Under the pieces are notes generated by a model. That model was not told the origin of the DNA and did no database searches. It was given only the letters and a program-made list of their open reading frames with translations. The position numbers and the translations under genes were made by a program. From positions 39,618,001 through 39,682,000 of the forward strand of contig NW_027266341.1 of NCBI RefSeq assembly GCF_022045235.1: a DNA stretch of 64,000 bases, written 5' to 3'. Each line of letters begins with the position of its first letter. The stretch's first letter is position 1. This stretch comes from Haliotis cracherodii (lineage: Eukaryota). This document shows positions 39,900 to 53,600 of this stretch, one piece after another.

Positions 39900-41272
39900 T
39901 CGAATCTCATTTGATGTGTCTCAAGATGGACTTGAGCAAAAAAAGTACTTCTTGTCTGATGCTTGAAAACATTGTACATGCTTTCTTGAACGTGGACGCA
40001 TAAAAGGCAATTTGGAAACCATGTCCACATGCATCCAAACGGCCATTGACCATCTCCAGATACATCACTGACAAATAGGTAGCATCAGTGGCAAACCCCA
40101 ACCAGGCCGACATAACGAAACAACATCCCATAAGGACTGCTTCATTCGCCATCAACACTTTAATGATTGCTTCAGGCCAGCAGCAAGAATAGCTGCTATT
40201 TTCATTGGAAACCCATCTTCCCAAGTCACCGATGTTAACTGACAACAAACGTCCAGTCTCCACCCTTGTCTAACTAGGCTGGAATTTTGTGGCTCGATGG
40301 TAGTGCTACCAGTGGCTATGATGAGTTGTGTCCGGTCTATGTCCCTCCTGACCAATCAGATTCCACCTCTCGCATCACTTGCATTTGCTTCAAACAACTT
40401 GACGGCACCCAGTCAAGACGATCTGATCGATGATCAAGATCTTTATTGTAATAAAATGAGTCTACCCTCGCCAAGTGCATCAAATAAATGAGCGCCTTGG
40501 TTAAAAACGTGAAAAGATTTGGAAATATCTGTCGGTGCCCAGTTTACAGTACATGTTTAGCAAATCCTCCAGTCGATAGAAATCTGCATGTTGAAATCCA
40601 TGTCTCTTACGAGCTGATATCCAGTTCGTTGCAAGATTTTGATTGGACGATGCACATAGACTCGTTAGTACAGCCAAAATTTAAATCCAGAATTCCAGCC
40701 TATTTTGGCAAGGGTGGAAACTAGACTCGTACAGTCAGTTAACTCCCTTGCCTCGGAAACATGATGTGGAAAACCATGAAAGATACATCCATACCTTGAA
40801 AGTGATTTGGTGTTTGAGGGAGAACTGCGTGCAGTCGACCTTATGATGATGGTAGCTTCATCACACTCCTGTGCGGAAAGTTCAGTTTTGTTTTCAGTAT
40901 GGCTGCAGACAAATCCAATTCTTTCACAGAAATCTGTTTCATAATGAGTCCCGCTTCTACGTATCCTTTATCAATGAAATGGCCCACAGTTTCCCCCGTC
41001 AAAATTTGAAAGAACATATGTGGAATGAGCTTGAACATCCGTCCTTGCCTTAGTGCAACTGATGGTCACATCAGTTACTGACCTCTTGATCTTGGGAGTG
41101 GTGCCCTAAACCCCCATCTTGCTGCTGGAACTGTCATCCACTAGTATCTCCCGTGCACTCAAGTGTCACACACTCATCTTTGTCATGCAAGAAAATAATT
41201 CCTTTCAAAATCGTTTTCTTGTCATTCATTTTGAGTTACAGTTGTTTATGCATTTTCATTGTACCAGTATAG
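39900..41272 (+). mobile_element. Tc1-family transposon relic, internally deleted and split by a nested TIR element
   Basis: GKPQPGRHNETTSHKDCFIRHQH (GRPR-like, ~40085-40160). After the insert come LRA.RPY, LFHNESRF (FSDESRF-like) and NLKEHMWNELE (NPIEHLWDEL-like) at 40820-41040. Confidence 0.7.
40205..40790 (-). mobile_element. Non-autonomous element with ~55-bp or longer imperfect TIRs, nested in the Tc1 relic; paralogue of 1325-1960
   Basis: gttaactgac..gtccagtctccacccttg..taggctggaatt at ~40234-40286 is inverted at ~40688-40743. The interior is the reverse complement of 1420-1950. Confidence 0.75.
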
Positions 41273-42507
41273 TATTTTTCAATATGACTGCTGTGGCAAA
41301 CATATTGAATATCGGATTCAAACCTCTCTGCAAATTTAAGTGATATTATTGGTGGAAACATCAGTCAAGTGATTTCTGAAGAGAAAATGTTTACAGTGCT
41401 AAAAGAAATGCATTTTGAGAATGTTGAGGCGAACCCCAATACATATACCAACTACACATGTGCTATATTTCAATTAAGAACTTTCACTTTGTGTAAATCC
41501 ATTTAAGGATTGAAGTTGTATTTGTTGACGTTCATCAGCTGATGAAGATGGTGCCTCACGTGAGCAAATTTACCATGAAGAGCTTCGCATAAATCCTAAC
41601 AAAACCCATTAAACATCGAACTTTAATTATTTATAGCAAACTATATCAACGAGGAGAGTCGTGATGTCATCAGTCCCAAAAATTCCATTTGCAGTGACAT
41701 CCCTTGGCAGAAAATGGTTGCTACCGTAATGTCATTCGCTTGAAATACAAGTTGCACCTAGTAAAGTTAGCGGTGGAATTGAAAAGAAATCTAGACCCTG
41801 CTCATGCTGAAAATGGATATATAGTAAAGTTCTGTGAACTTTTGGTGTGTGTTTGAGTCATACTATGGCTGCTGATGACAGGGATTACCGCTTGAGGCGG
41901 GGTGGTTGGACTTACTGAGGCACGATAGTGTGGAGCTCGGTGATTTCTTTTGGTAAGTCGAGCATTCTCTGTTATAGTTTCGAATGGATGCTTCATTTTG
42001 ATGACCCGACATATGTACATGATCTGTCTGTCTTCAAAGCCTGCATGATTCATAGCCTAAATTGACGTCACTCGCAGTTTTCCCTAATTATTTTTAATGT
42101 TATTTTTAGACATTGAGGACTTCCCCTAAAGTAGTTCTTATGTCTCCGCGCTATTGACAACATAATCATCAGGAAATAAACGACAATCAGCTTGGTGGTG
42201 TTCACCTAGGCGAGGTCACCCACTACAGTCAATATTCGAGTATGAACCTTTATAGAGTGATGGCTAAACTGTATGAACAGTGTAGCTATGTTATACCTTG
42301 GAGGATGTATCCATTTAGTACCTGTGACTTAATGTTTACACTGAAAATTACCTGTATGGTAGGATGCTATAGCTCTTCAAAGGGACAGGTGAGATGAGTT
42401 TATGGAAGCTCAAATTGCTGCTGTACAGCAACATCTTTTGTAGATTGGTAAGAACAAATGGATTAAATAATAACATTATTAGATGCATAGTCTGTGAAGA
42501 ATTCAAT

Positions 42508-42975
42508 GAACCTGTGGCCATTAAAAGTGCCAATCATCATTTATCAATTGACTTACCATTGAAAGGTGATTAAAAAGATGTGTCAAATAGATACTTAGGT
42601 AAATTCACTGTCAGTCTATGCATAGGGGTATGTTTTGTTCACTAGGATGGGTCGTAGAGAGGATATTCAAACACAAAGCATACAGTCAACTCTGACTGCT
42701 AAAATATTGAGGGCAAGATTAAACAACACTTCTGTATTTATTCATGCTGGAGAATTCCGAGGGATCTCCTTAAGAATGTGGAAATAGCCATCAGTGTTTA
42801 TGTTATTTCAAGACTAGTCTGGTCTCGTGAAAAACATTTGAATGACACATTTCAACATCAAAATGAGTCTTTCAGATGTTTTATGAACATCAGTTTCACA
42901 GTCATGTGACTGCCTTTCATGAAGTGAAAACGTGTATTATTGCATAAACTTCATATAAAATTATTACATTTTTAA
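42508..42975 (+). repeat. Old dispersed repeat, paralogous to 32415-32950
   Basis: Same blocks in the same order as 32415-32950. Confidence 0.75.
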
Positions 42976-43084
42976 CAAAAATGGCAGCCGCATTGGATTC
43001 GAACCTCTTGAACAAATTGGAGTGTCATCACTGGTGGGAACTAGAATTCTACATCTTAATTCTCAAGGTATCACTGTCGCTTAC

Positions 43085-43146
43085 CTTTCTAGTGCTAAAT
43101 TTAATTCTTTTTTGATAACCATGGACCATGACTTTCACAAAATTAA
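43085..43146 (-). CDS. Candidate AFF start-codon exon, 62 nt; ATG at 43122 gives MVIKKELNLALE+AG, in frame with exon 38327
   Basis: aatttttctttcag|...GAA AG|gtaagc. Both splice sites are consensus. The phase-2 end completes AGA with the next exon. An in-frame TGA precedes the ATG. Confidence 0.45.
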
Positions 43147-44561
43147 CTGAAAGAAAAATTCCCAAGGGTATATTCATAGGTAATCAGGTATGAAACTACT
43201 GACACGAATAATGATGTCTGGTATCATGTACATCATAAATAGCACTGAAGAAGCAGATCAAGTTATTTGGTTCTTATTCTAACAATCATATGCATTCAAA
43301 CATTAATACAGAGTTTTAGTCATTTGTCTTCATCTTTAAAATCTTATAACTCCTTAAACATGCCAACCTTCAGCATTTCTAATCTCTAGTACACTAATTT
43401 TTGTGGTTTGCAGCACTGATCATGGAAATAAATCAAAATTGTGGGCATCTTACTTATATAAAAGTGTGGTCTCCTATACTTTAAGTTGATATTACTACTG
43501 TGTAGGAAATCAGAGTCCCGGTGTACCTAAACTCAGTTTCATTCATGTTCTGGGGTTGCTGGATACTCAGTCAGTGTGATTGCTTGACTGATTTTACGAC
43601 ATCACTACAATTTTCTTGCATCATGAATAATTAAAATTAATTACTGACAACACCAGTCATTGTAAAAAAATTCAGTAAAATGTGTAAACATAGTAAGGAT
43701 ATATAAAAGAAAATTAAGAAATGTTGTGTACAACTTAAATGAAACAAGAATGATAAAGAAAACTTCAATTTGCCTTCAGCAAAAGTTATCATTGACCTTG
43801 GACATCATTACCTAAAATGACATGAAGTCACTGTGCACATTACACTAAATATGTTTGGCTAAAGCATTTCCTTATTCTAACACTACATACACAAAAACAA
43901 TAGTCAGCGTTGACAGAAACAGCAAAACATGCATTTCTCCTCTCAAGACATAGTGGTGGCTAACAAGTCATCCAAGAGCATTCATTACCTCTAAAACAGG
44001 AGCATCAGGCTTCACTGTTCTCAATTTGAAAGTTATTCTTAGATCCACCCACACAAATTATTATTTCACTGCTTGTAACTGAACTTGCCTTTGTGATCAG
44101 GTTACGGTCCTGAATAAGCCTGTGTTGCAGTGCACTTCCTCAACACTCAATTCAGTATCTAAGCACAAGAGGTGTGCACACAGCATTCAACTGGCTCCAT
44201 TTCACTGGTGTTGGATATATTTGTACTTCTTGTTGCATCTTGCACCATCATGATTCATCAAACAGCAAACAGCAGCAAAAGCATTGAATCTGACTCGGTG
44301 AAGGAATAGATTACGCTGGGACTAAATGATGACAATATTTATTTGAAGCACTTATGTAAGCTACTTATATACTGGAAAATTTATAACTCTCATAAACCAG
44401 GTGTGTGTCATATCAACTTTCATAAGAAGATTTCTGAAGATTGTCAAAATTTATATAACATCATTATCATCCTTTTGTCCTTGAGGTAAATGATACCACA
44501 GTTGAGATGGCAAACAAAAGCCTTGATAAGAAAATTCAACTGAAGTCAATGCAGTGAACAA

Positions 44562-44836
44562 GTGAGTGAGTGAGTTGGGTTTAACGCCGCTTTTAACAGT
44601 ATTCCAGTTACTTCGCGGCATGTCAGCTTAATGTGGGAGGAAAGCCCGAAGTGATGAAGGTCTCAGACGTTTACCACTTCTGTGAAACCCAGGAGCACGG
44701 GTATGGTGCTGACAAACCTAGAAACATAATCAGGGCGAACCGGGATTAGAACCCACAATCATAGGTTTCTGGCATGCCCAAGGGACGCAACTCTGCACAG
44801 CGAATCGCGGCCTTAGACCGGGCCACCCGTGCCCCC
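44562..44836 (-). mobile_element. Full-length copy of the second SINE family
   Basis: Collinear with 6412-6630 plus ~40 extra nt. TSD tgc(a/t)gtgaacaa. Confidence 0.9.
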
Positions 44837-45229
44837 TGCTGTGAACAAAAGGATAAATGAATACTGTCTGTACAGACATGACAGATATTCTTTAGGATTT
44901 TAAAACAAAATGTTTTCAAAAACCTCAAAGAAAACCTGCACTTATTTCATGACTGCATGCAGACGGTCATCAGGGCAGAAAAAGCAAACCAATTACGGAG
45001 TGTGTGATTTCATCACTTTCACTTGGACACTTAAATACTTTTAGGAATGTTATGAATTTTTCTCTCATGAATTGACCTAATGTATATAGGGTAATTGATT
45101 ATTCGTAACAAAAATGCAAACAATTTTTTCGTGTTACTTGAACTTCATAAGTACTGATTTCTAAAAGCACTATTTACCCTAAACTATAATTTCAAACAAA
45201 ATACCTCAACTTGTTTAGACCAATAACAG

Positions 45230-47600
45230 ATCTACATCGTCCCAGGATGCACGAGACCTTAAATGTCCAGGGCATGAAGTTCTACAACCCTAGCCGTTAT
45301 GGCCGTTGCCAAAAGGAAACTGTCCTCTTAGTCTTTTGCAACAAAACTTGGTGGATGTCAGGTTCATATGCATCGTCCAGAAGAGCAGAAAAAAAACACT
45401 GAGAGATTCCACTCCAAAAGTGTGAGGGATCTTAACATCCTCCAAGAAAGATCCCATGATTCGGTTAAGGATAGGCCGATCACCAATAGATAACCCATCA
45501 TGTTATGTTGGGGCAGGACAGTATCCCTCAATTGTGCCGGGACAGAACTTGACATCCTGATGGAGATAAAGAAGGAAGTCATGGGTATAGTGACAGGTCC
45601 AAACTTTGTCATGTGCGCCACTGGAAGGACTTGTAGTCATAGATGGCTGATGAATATGGTCTCCATGATGCACCAACTAATTCTGCAGTCAATTTAGAAC
45701 AGCCAAAATCCTACATCTTTAATGTAATCGTTTCCAAGCATGAAGCTGTAGGCTGCCGTATGTAATGTTTGATCTGGTTGGAGGAGATCTCGACTACACT
45801 GGGGGTTTGTTGTTGAGACATGTGGCGAAGAAGTCCAGATGGGGTGTACGACATCTTGAGGTAACGTTCTTCCGGTGGGCAAATATTCCTCTGTTTTAGC
45901 TACAATATTCTGTACCAACTTTAGTTTCATCTTGGTTGGGTGAACTAAGAAGCTGTAATGACACAATTCTTAGATTATGACGTATCTAAATCTTGTCTTG
46001 ATCTGCCAATATATCCATGAGGACGCACCAGCTGGATGTGAGCAAAACTGATAATCGGCTCTGTATCCTAAACGTAAGTACAAGGAACTCGTAACAACGA
46101 CCACTCCCTGAGAATCAGAGATATTTCATAGATGAATTGGAACTTATAGCTATGCATCCTGGAGATCTAGGCTGAATATCCAATTCACAGGCCTGAGCGA
46201 TGTGCAAAGTTTGCACACCAATTCCATCTGGACTGGTCATAACAGGAATTCCTTGTTGACAATGTTTAGATCTATTATGTGCATATCTGGCATGTTCTTG
46301 GGTATTAGAGTAACTTGAGAATAGAAGCTGTGCCTGTCATCCGTATCCTTCAGTTCCATATGACACACTTGTCCACTAATGTCTATATGGCCAAGGAAGC
46401 TGCTGTTAAGTTGGGACCCTCCAGACAAAAGTATCGACCCTCTGGTCTGACTAAAAGATTTATGTCGTCGATGGAAGTGCATTTTGTAAGGACTAAGATT
46501 ACCTGGACCACTCTAAAAATCCACTGATCAGACATGATGTGTTTCCAATTGCCTGCAAACAACACTAAACATCCCCCCCACTGGATCCAATGTACGGATT
46601 ATGTTGAATTTTGGTTTGTGACAATCTGTGTCCATAAACATTGCCATGTCGAAGGGATTTGGTCTAAGCAATGGGGTTGTCCAATACTCAATATTGGTGA
46701 TCCCCTCTACTGACCAGTTTACCACCTTCATATTACCTAGTCCCACAGTAATGGCCCCCACCCCATCGATTGTAATCTGGTTGTTGGAGCTGATGCTGTG
46801 AAGTCTTGTTTCTACAAAGAGTGGTCTTATTTGCCTGGTAGGATCTGAGCTACCTCTACCTCCTGCACATCTGTTTTGAGGTCCGGCATCAAATAATAAA
46901 GTTCCTTGATTAGATCAGGAAATGAGTATCCAGGTTTGAAATCAAGTATTGGATTCTTCTCTTTAAACACTATGACCAATGAATTATCAGAATCATATCC
47001 CTCTCTCTGATCTAGATGTAATCCGTGATGAGGCGAACCATCCACCATCAGTTGGTTCATGTTGGCACATGCTGATCTATAACCACAGATCCGGGATAGT
47101 GATGTGGATGATTGACAGGCATTGCATGACACGTGGCAAATCTCTAACCTGGCTGTATCTCCCCATGAACTGGCAATGGGTCCAAATTAACATAGGCATA
47201 ACATAAGCCATGGTAACTGTTGAACTTACCATTCTCTTATCTGTGTGCTATCCCATGGAAGTAAGACAAAACCGTTCCATGTTATGTAGGGTATGACAGA
47301 CATGGCACGCACAGCCAACCCGAGTGGCAGGTATACCATCATCTAGAGGTCCCATGGTCAGTGTTCGAAATTCAACTTCACCATGTGGCCTGAATGTTTG
47401 TGCCCTGGCTCTCAACTGTCCTGGTCTGACTGTGTCTTGCTGAGGGCGATCGAGAACACCTGGCCATGATACTATCCTCCCCTGCAGTATCCAAGCCACC
47501 TGGGAAGTTATCTCAGACTGCCAGGTGCATGCTGCTGCCAATGTATGCATTGATTTCAGCCGAGAAGTGTCCAGTCTTTTATCAACCATAACCTGAATAC
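45230..47600 (-). mobile_element. Second, older DIRS-like retrotransposon relic with internal deletions
   Basis: Collinear degenerate fragments: RT-like (46830-47200); RNase H-like (PLLRPNPFDMAMFMDT); MT-like tail (RDLLQPDQ..H, LHAW); YR (SWDL, FLLATAITARVVELHALD at ~45265-45320). Confidence 0.7.
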
Positions 47601-50600
47601 TTTCTTGCTGCTACTTCAATAACTCTCGGAAGATATTTGAAGAGAGTTTAGGCTTTTCTTCTGCCTGGTGTAAAGTATCAGGAGTGCCCAAACTGTACAC
47701 AAGCTGGTCTACAATTATACACAATAATTTTGTGTTAGAAGACTGACAAGAAAGCAGAGGAAATAGATCTTCTTAAACTGGATCATTAGAATAAATTTTA
47801 AAGTGTGAATTGACAATGTTTTTGCTGAGACAACTCCCAAACTTTGTAAGCTGTTGTTATAGCGCACACACAAGCAAAAAGTCAGTTATTAAGTCCAGCA
47901 TGGGAAGGGAGATACTATTTGTGTCACACCTGATTATGGACAGTTGACAGTGAAGAGAACTTCTGTTGAAAATCTGAGTATTTTATATTGTGATAACAGC
48001 AAAAATACAGGATTTATGGCAATGATGTAATGGAGGTTCTGTATTCATAGGAATTACCAGCTTTACACATGTGGTGATATAAGCCCGGGTCTTAGGCATG
48101 ACGAGGCAACACTTTTTAACCACCAGGCTACACCACCATCCCTATATTAGAAGGTAGTACCAGTTGATCAGTGGATAGAGGTCATGCATGGTTTGAATAT
48201 GTGTGATGATGTCATTGTCAAGTGAATGATGTCACATGACCTATATATCAAGGAACAATGTATTGAAACAGATAATAAATACAACCTTCATAAAACAAAA
48301 CAAGATAAATGAAAACTCAAACTTATGCCTTGAAACACTATTTCGCAAGAGCAATTTGCCATGTTGGTTGGTTCATGTTGGTTTGTTGTTGTTTAACGCC
48401 CCACTTAGCAATAACAATTTGCCATGTGTCATCTTATTTAGAAGTACTTTCATCATTCGTGTCATACATTATTACCATCAGCATTTATAAGAACTTAAAT
48501 AAGCAACTGTCCAACTAAAATTTCTTTCAAGATTAAAGGATATGAAACCAAAGATGAAAAACTAATAACACACTCAACAAAATTGTCCAAAAAACATATA
48601 CAACTGACACTAATGTCTAAAATGGCTGATCCGCAAAAAGGTCAGCCTAGTTCGTTAAGTGACAATGATGAAAGGTCAACAATGTCAAGGTACATGAAAG
48701 ACAATTGATCTTACAGTGTGAAAGTGACACTAACTTCATCATGCCTGTGTCTGGCGTCTAGACACTTACCACCAGAACTTCCCTATGATTGAGTTAGGAA
48801 ATCCCATCATATAGATATTTATATTCAGAGTGATACTGGCTGCAGTAAGAACTACTATTCTATACACACAAACAATGTTTTAACATATTGTTACATGTCT
48901 TATATCAAAGAATCACACCCATTCTCACTAGACAGGGAACAATAATAGCTCCTGTAAGACTAATGTTCACATGGAAGCTTTAGTAACTATAACAACACAA
49001 AATGTCTATTAGAGACTTAAAGTTTACTGATAACTTACAATTACCCCAACAGTTTGCAATTTCCCATGCCTCAATTCCATTCCTGAGTTAAAAGCAATAT
49101 ATTTATCATCATCAAGTATTTCCATATCCACATTTAACCTTGTCCATCTGCTTCATGATACAGCATCGCATCACTGTATATGTGCGAAGTTTACCATGGT
49201 TACACCCAAATATTGCATATGACGGAAGGTCCCTGCAAAAAGATAAATGTCTCATACAGAGGTAGATAGCAATCCACCGTTCAGGTCATGTTGACATGGG
49301 ACATCATTGTTTGTTTGTGGGTGCTTTTTCCAAGCCAGTCAAACTACATGCAGCTGGTTACTGTGTTGAACCTCTACAAATGCAAACATGCCCATGATAT
49401 CTGCAACAGTACAAACAACGCCAATCAAATACCACAGACATCATCATACTTTTTTTATCAATGAATATGAATGACGTAAACATTGTGATCAAATAGGAAG
49501 AGGCATTCACTTTTTAAAAAATCAAAACAATGTTCCTTAGAAAACATGCACACCAAAAACTGAATCCTTAGCCTGATATTCTGCATTACCCTGTGAAAAA
49601 TGTATGATTTGTCTGTTTGTTTGTCTAACGAATATTTTAGCTCTCAATAGAGTAAGATTAACTTGCGTGTTCAATTTCTCTAAAAAAGTTTAAATCATGT
49701 CCACTAAAACATCTTAATAATAATTGCAAAACCAAAGCAGGAATATTACAGTTTGGTTGATTAATGTATGTGTACATTGAAAACACGCCAAACGGTATGC
49801 CTGGCAGTGTTCTGAACTGTGTTTAAACTCGACATTATATTTCCACCATGACATTATTCATAAATGAAATATTTATCCAGACAACATTTGACAAACTTAA
49901 CTTGATATTTAACCTGCTGTCATTGAAACATTTGTCATTTACAGACACTTCAAGCATCATCACTAAATAATTTCCACTTATTATGCTTATTGTTTATTCT
50001 CACATACTGTGTCTCAGAGAAGCAAAAACATACATGTTTACTTATAAACATCCACTGACAACTTACATCAAGCGAAGTTTCCTTTCATTACACTGCTTTG
50101 AGATCTATGGGTCATGACGACTCTTGAGACTGTTTTCTTATGATGGTAAACATACAGATTCAGATTTTTTATTGCAGTAAAGTAAACACTTGAGTGGATA
50201 TCATATGCTATGATATATAATAAGAACCATCATCATAATGGACTTGAATGACTAATAGAAAAGCAAGTGAACATTTTAAGAATTGTTATTTCAGCTATGT
50301 CATCTATTATTATGTATTGCATAACATTTAATCCTCGATTATCCAGGGTATCATATTCTAACATGCCATCATTCTCACATTCTTTCTCTCAAATTAGCTT
50401 CACACAATGTCTCTTGCTCGTTAGCTTGAAATGAACAACCAATCTTATGAGTTCAGCCATTATCTACATTAGAAATTGTTTAAATTTATTCAGTCAGGAG
50501 ACAAAGTATTTTTTTCTTGAAAAGCTGTTTTCAGGAGACTTAAAACATAGCAAAGTTCTTATGATACACATGCTACAATGCTTTCCAGTTATACTTGAAA

Positions 50601-53600
50601 CATCATGCAAACAAGGCAACTCAAGTACTGGTGATGTGGCCACTCATTTCAATCATGAAAGAAGAGCGTAACTTGATTAAATGGCTTTATTTAGGGTCAT
50701 GTCATTTCCACTGTGTTAGCCCCACAGTGCTAAGGAGGCAAAAGGGTCAAGGGTATTTATCACAATAAAATGTACATTTAATACACTGGATAATCAAGGT
50801 GGATCTAAGATTTTTTATTCATAAATAATTACTAAACTAGCACAAGCAAACTCATGAACCTCTACAAACTTCACCATGTTCACATTTCTGGGTAAAATGT
50901 ACCTACATCAAACATGTCACAGGACATTAGATAATGGGAATCATTTGAGCCTGCATGATATATGCCAGGTTTGCATTACCCATTGTCAGAACAATTGAAA
51001 GAGATGGTTCTGTTCCCAGTGAAATCATATGGATTAACAAATTTCTGGGTTTCTGAATCATTGGGAATCACTGGTACATTGAAGCTGGAACGTTCTTTCA
51101 ACTACAAAAAAGGCAGACTAACAAGATTTCACAGTATATTTGGATTTACATTTCTCTTCTTTTAAGTTAATGCATTTATTCAAATCTGGACACTTTCAAA
51201 TATGCATGATAAAAGTCTCTTCTCACTTCAGATTAATTTCTTACTTAAGTTTCAAACAATTGAACAGACAAAGCAAATGTATCATCACCAAACAAGCATG
51301 ACATCCAAGAAGGGATCAGTTTGTAAAACAAAACACAAACAAGACAGTTAATTACCAACTGTTTATGTTGGCTCAGTGACGCAACAAGGGATTACTAGCA
51401 CAGGATAGGATGTTGGCTGTGAGTGTGTTCTGTAGTTGACGGGAGTCTACCAGGCCAGGGAGCAGCAAATGTGATCGGGACCTCTGTCATGTAGAGACTA
51501 CACCTTGTCACCAAACACCAGCTAGCTGTCTCCAATACTTCCCCTATCCAACTCACAAATTTTGCATCAGAGGAAAAGAAACGAATAGACTCCATGTTGT
51601 TTGTTGTGTGTTTTCATCACAGAGTAGAAAAAAACTTCTTTTTTCACTTGGTTTACATATCCGCCAACAGTAAATTTTGTTGAAATGAGACTTTTTTGTT
51701 CACTATTTGGTACGTTGTTTTATGCCACTGATAAGCTGATAGCATATTGCACGAAAACACAATTCCTAAACAAGGACCCATTGAGAGTTGACACTGGGTA
51801 TATTAAACATGCAAGTCAAAATAAAGTTGTTTGTTGTTCCAGAAAATAATATGATGCATAGATGCACAACAGTATTCCCACTTGATTCGTAAGGTTTGAA
51901 TTGCTTAAAGCAACAGCTGTGTTGCAGGCTCTGCTCCCACATGAAGCTATTTATATTTTGTTATACCAGCCTACCTGTGACGAACAAAAAACTATTTTAA
52001 AAAGTTGAATTGCTTTTTCCCAACCTATCGACGACAGGTATTTTCCTGCAATAAATGTGTAAAGTAAGTAAAAAATACAGTGTGGCCTTATTCTGACATT
52101 CTGATTTGCTCATGTGGATGTGTTTGAATATTATCTCCCACTGTCAGGCAGTGTTCCACTGACTATATTTGACTGATATGAATGAACCAAAAAACAGCAA
52201 ACATCTTAATGTAATGTGGAAATGCTTAGGGTTTCAATCATCTAACGGTCTTCTGGCCTGGTACAAGCACTTGACATTTGGTGGTGTCACTGTGTGACAG
52301 ATAAATGAAGAACCAAAATAATGTGCTGATAAAAACCCACATAAATTCACTATTTGATTTGTTTAAAACATGTTCTGCATTATATTTCTCACTTTCACCA
52401 ATCATATCAATGCAAGAAATGTCAACAAAATCAGATTTGTCATGATTGACAGGACCTTAATTTGTCAAGTTAGTAAATAAGCTGTACCTGTATAGAGTTC
52501 TTAACTACATAGCCTGGTTATGATGTCTATAAACAATCATGTATACCGTGTGCTGTAACCCCTGTTCAGACGTAGTCCCATGCAGGTACGAAGCACATCA
52601 GATAAGATCACCAACATAACATACATAAGCATGGGCTGGATGTGAGGAGAAATTGAGTGTGTGTAGAAGCCAGTATCTTAGGACCAGGAACTTGCCTTCA
52701 TGTTTACAAATGTGTTTGTCACAAAGTACACACTACCTAAATACCACCCAGGTGATATCATAACAAAGGTGAAGGCTACTTGCTCAACTCTCAAAGCAGA
52801 GTACAATTCAGAGGATCTATTCTGACACTCATAATGCACACCAAATCAAACTTTGTCTGAAATTCCTTCTTATTAATCAAAGTTTATTTTTTTATCTTCC
52901 CAAGTTTAATCTGAAGCCTATTTCTTTATCTCCAATCAGTTAATTATCTGCTCTGATTATTTCAGGTATGAGTTATTAAAGCTGAATACAGAAACAGCAA
53001 AATGCTGCAAAACACCTTGCTATCTTAATAATGATCAAAAGTTGTATTACACACTGTATCTGACATCTCCCTACGTTATAGTTAGAAAGAGAAACTCGTA
53101 TTTGAACCCATGAACATTGGATGCTTATACATCAAAGGGATGCCATCCACTACTGAACAACCACTTTACACAGATGTATATACCTATTGTTTCTCTATAT
53201 TCTAACTTCTAGTCCTTACAAGAATACTTAGTAAAACTTCACTGAAAACTTACAGCCCAATTTGAACAGACGAACACATCTAGCCAAAATAAAAGCTTCA
53301 TGAGTTCAAGGCTGTCAAAACAGGAAGTGAATAATGTATATTTATTATCCAATCATGTGTGCTGAATCCTAAGAATGGGAAGTGCATGTCAGCAAGACAA
53401 TGAAATAAGGTTACTGTTCCTCACAAACACTGTTACATGTGGCATTGAATTTCAACACTTTGTTTTACTTTCCTGACAACTGACATACCATTACCAGGTC
53501 TTGTTAACTACATGCTTGTATTAGTGCGTCCCTTTACACCTGTATGAATACCTCACTACGTTTTAATATGTCACTAGTTTCACAGCAAATGTGTTTGCAC

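Noticed and set aside
47230-47240. 11-nt cag|...|gtaagt microexon-like string
   Set aside because: It lies inside the DIRS relic, has no pyrimidine tract and is frame-shifting.
48770-48810. ATG-containing segment with a strong gtaagt donor in phase 2
   Set aside because: Splicing to exon 38327 creates TG+A, a stop codon.
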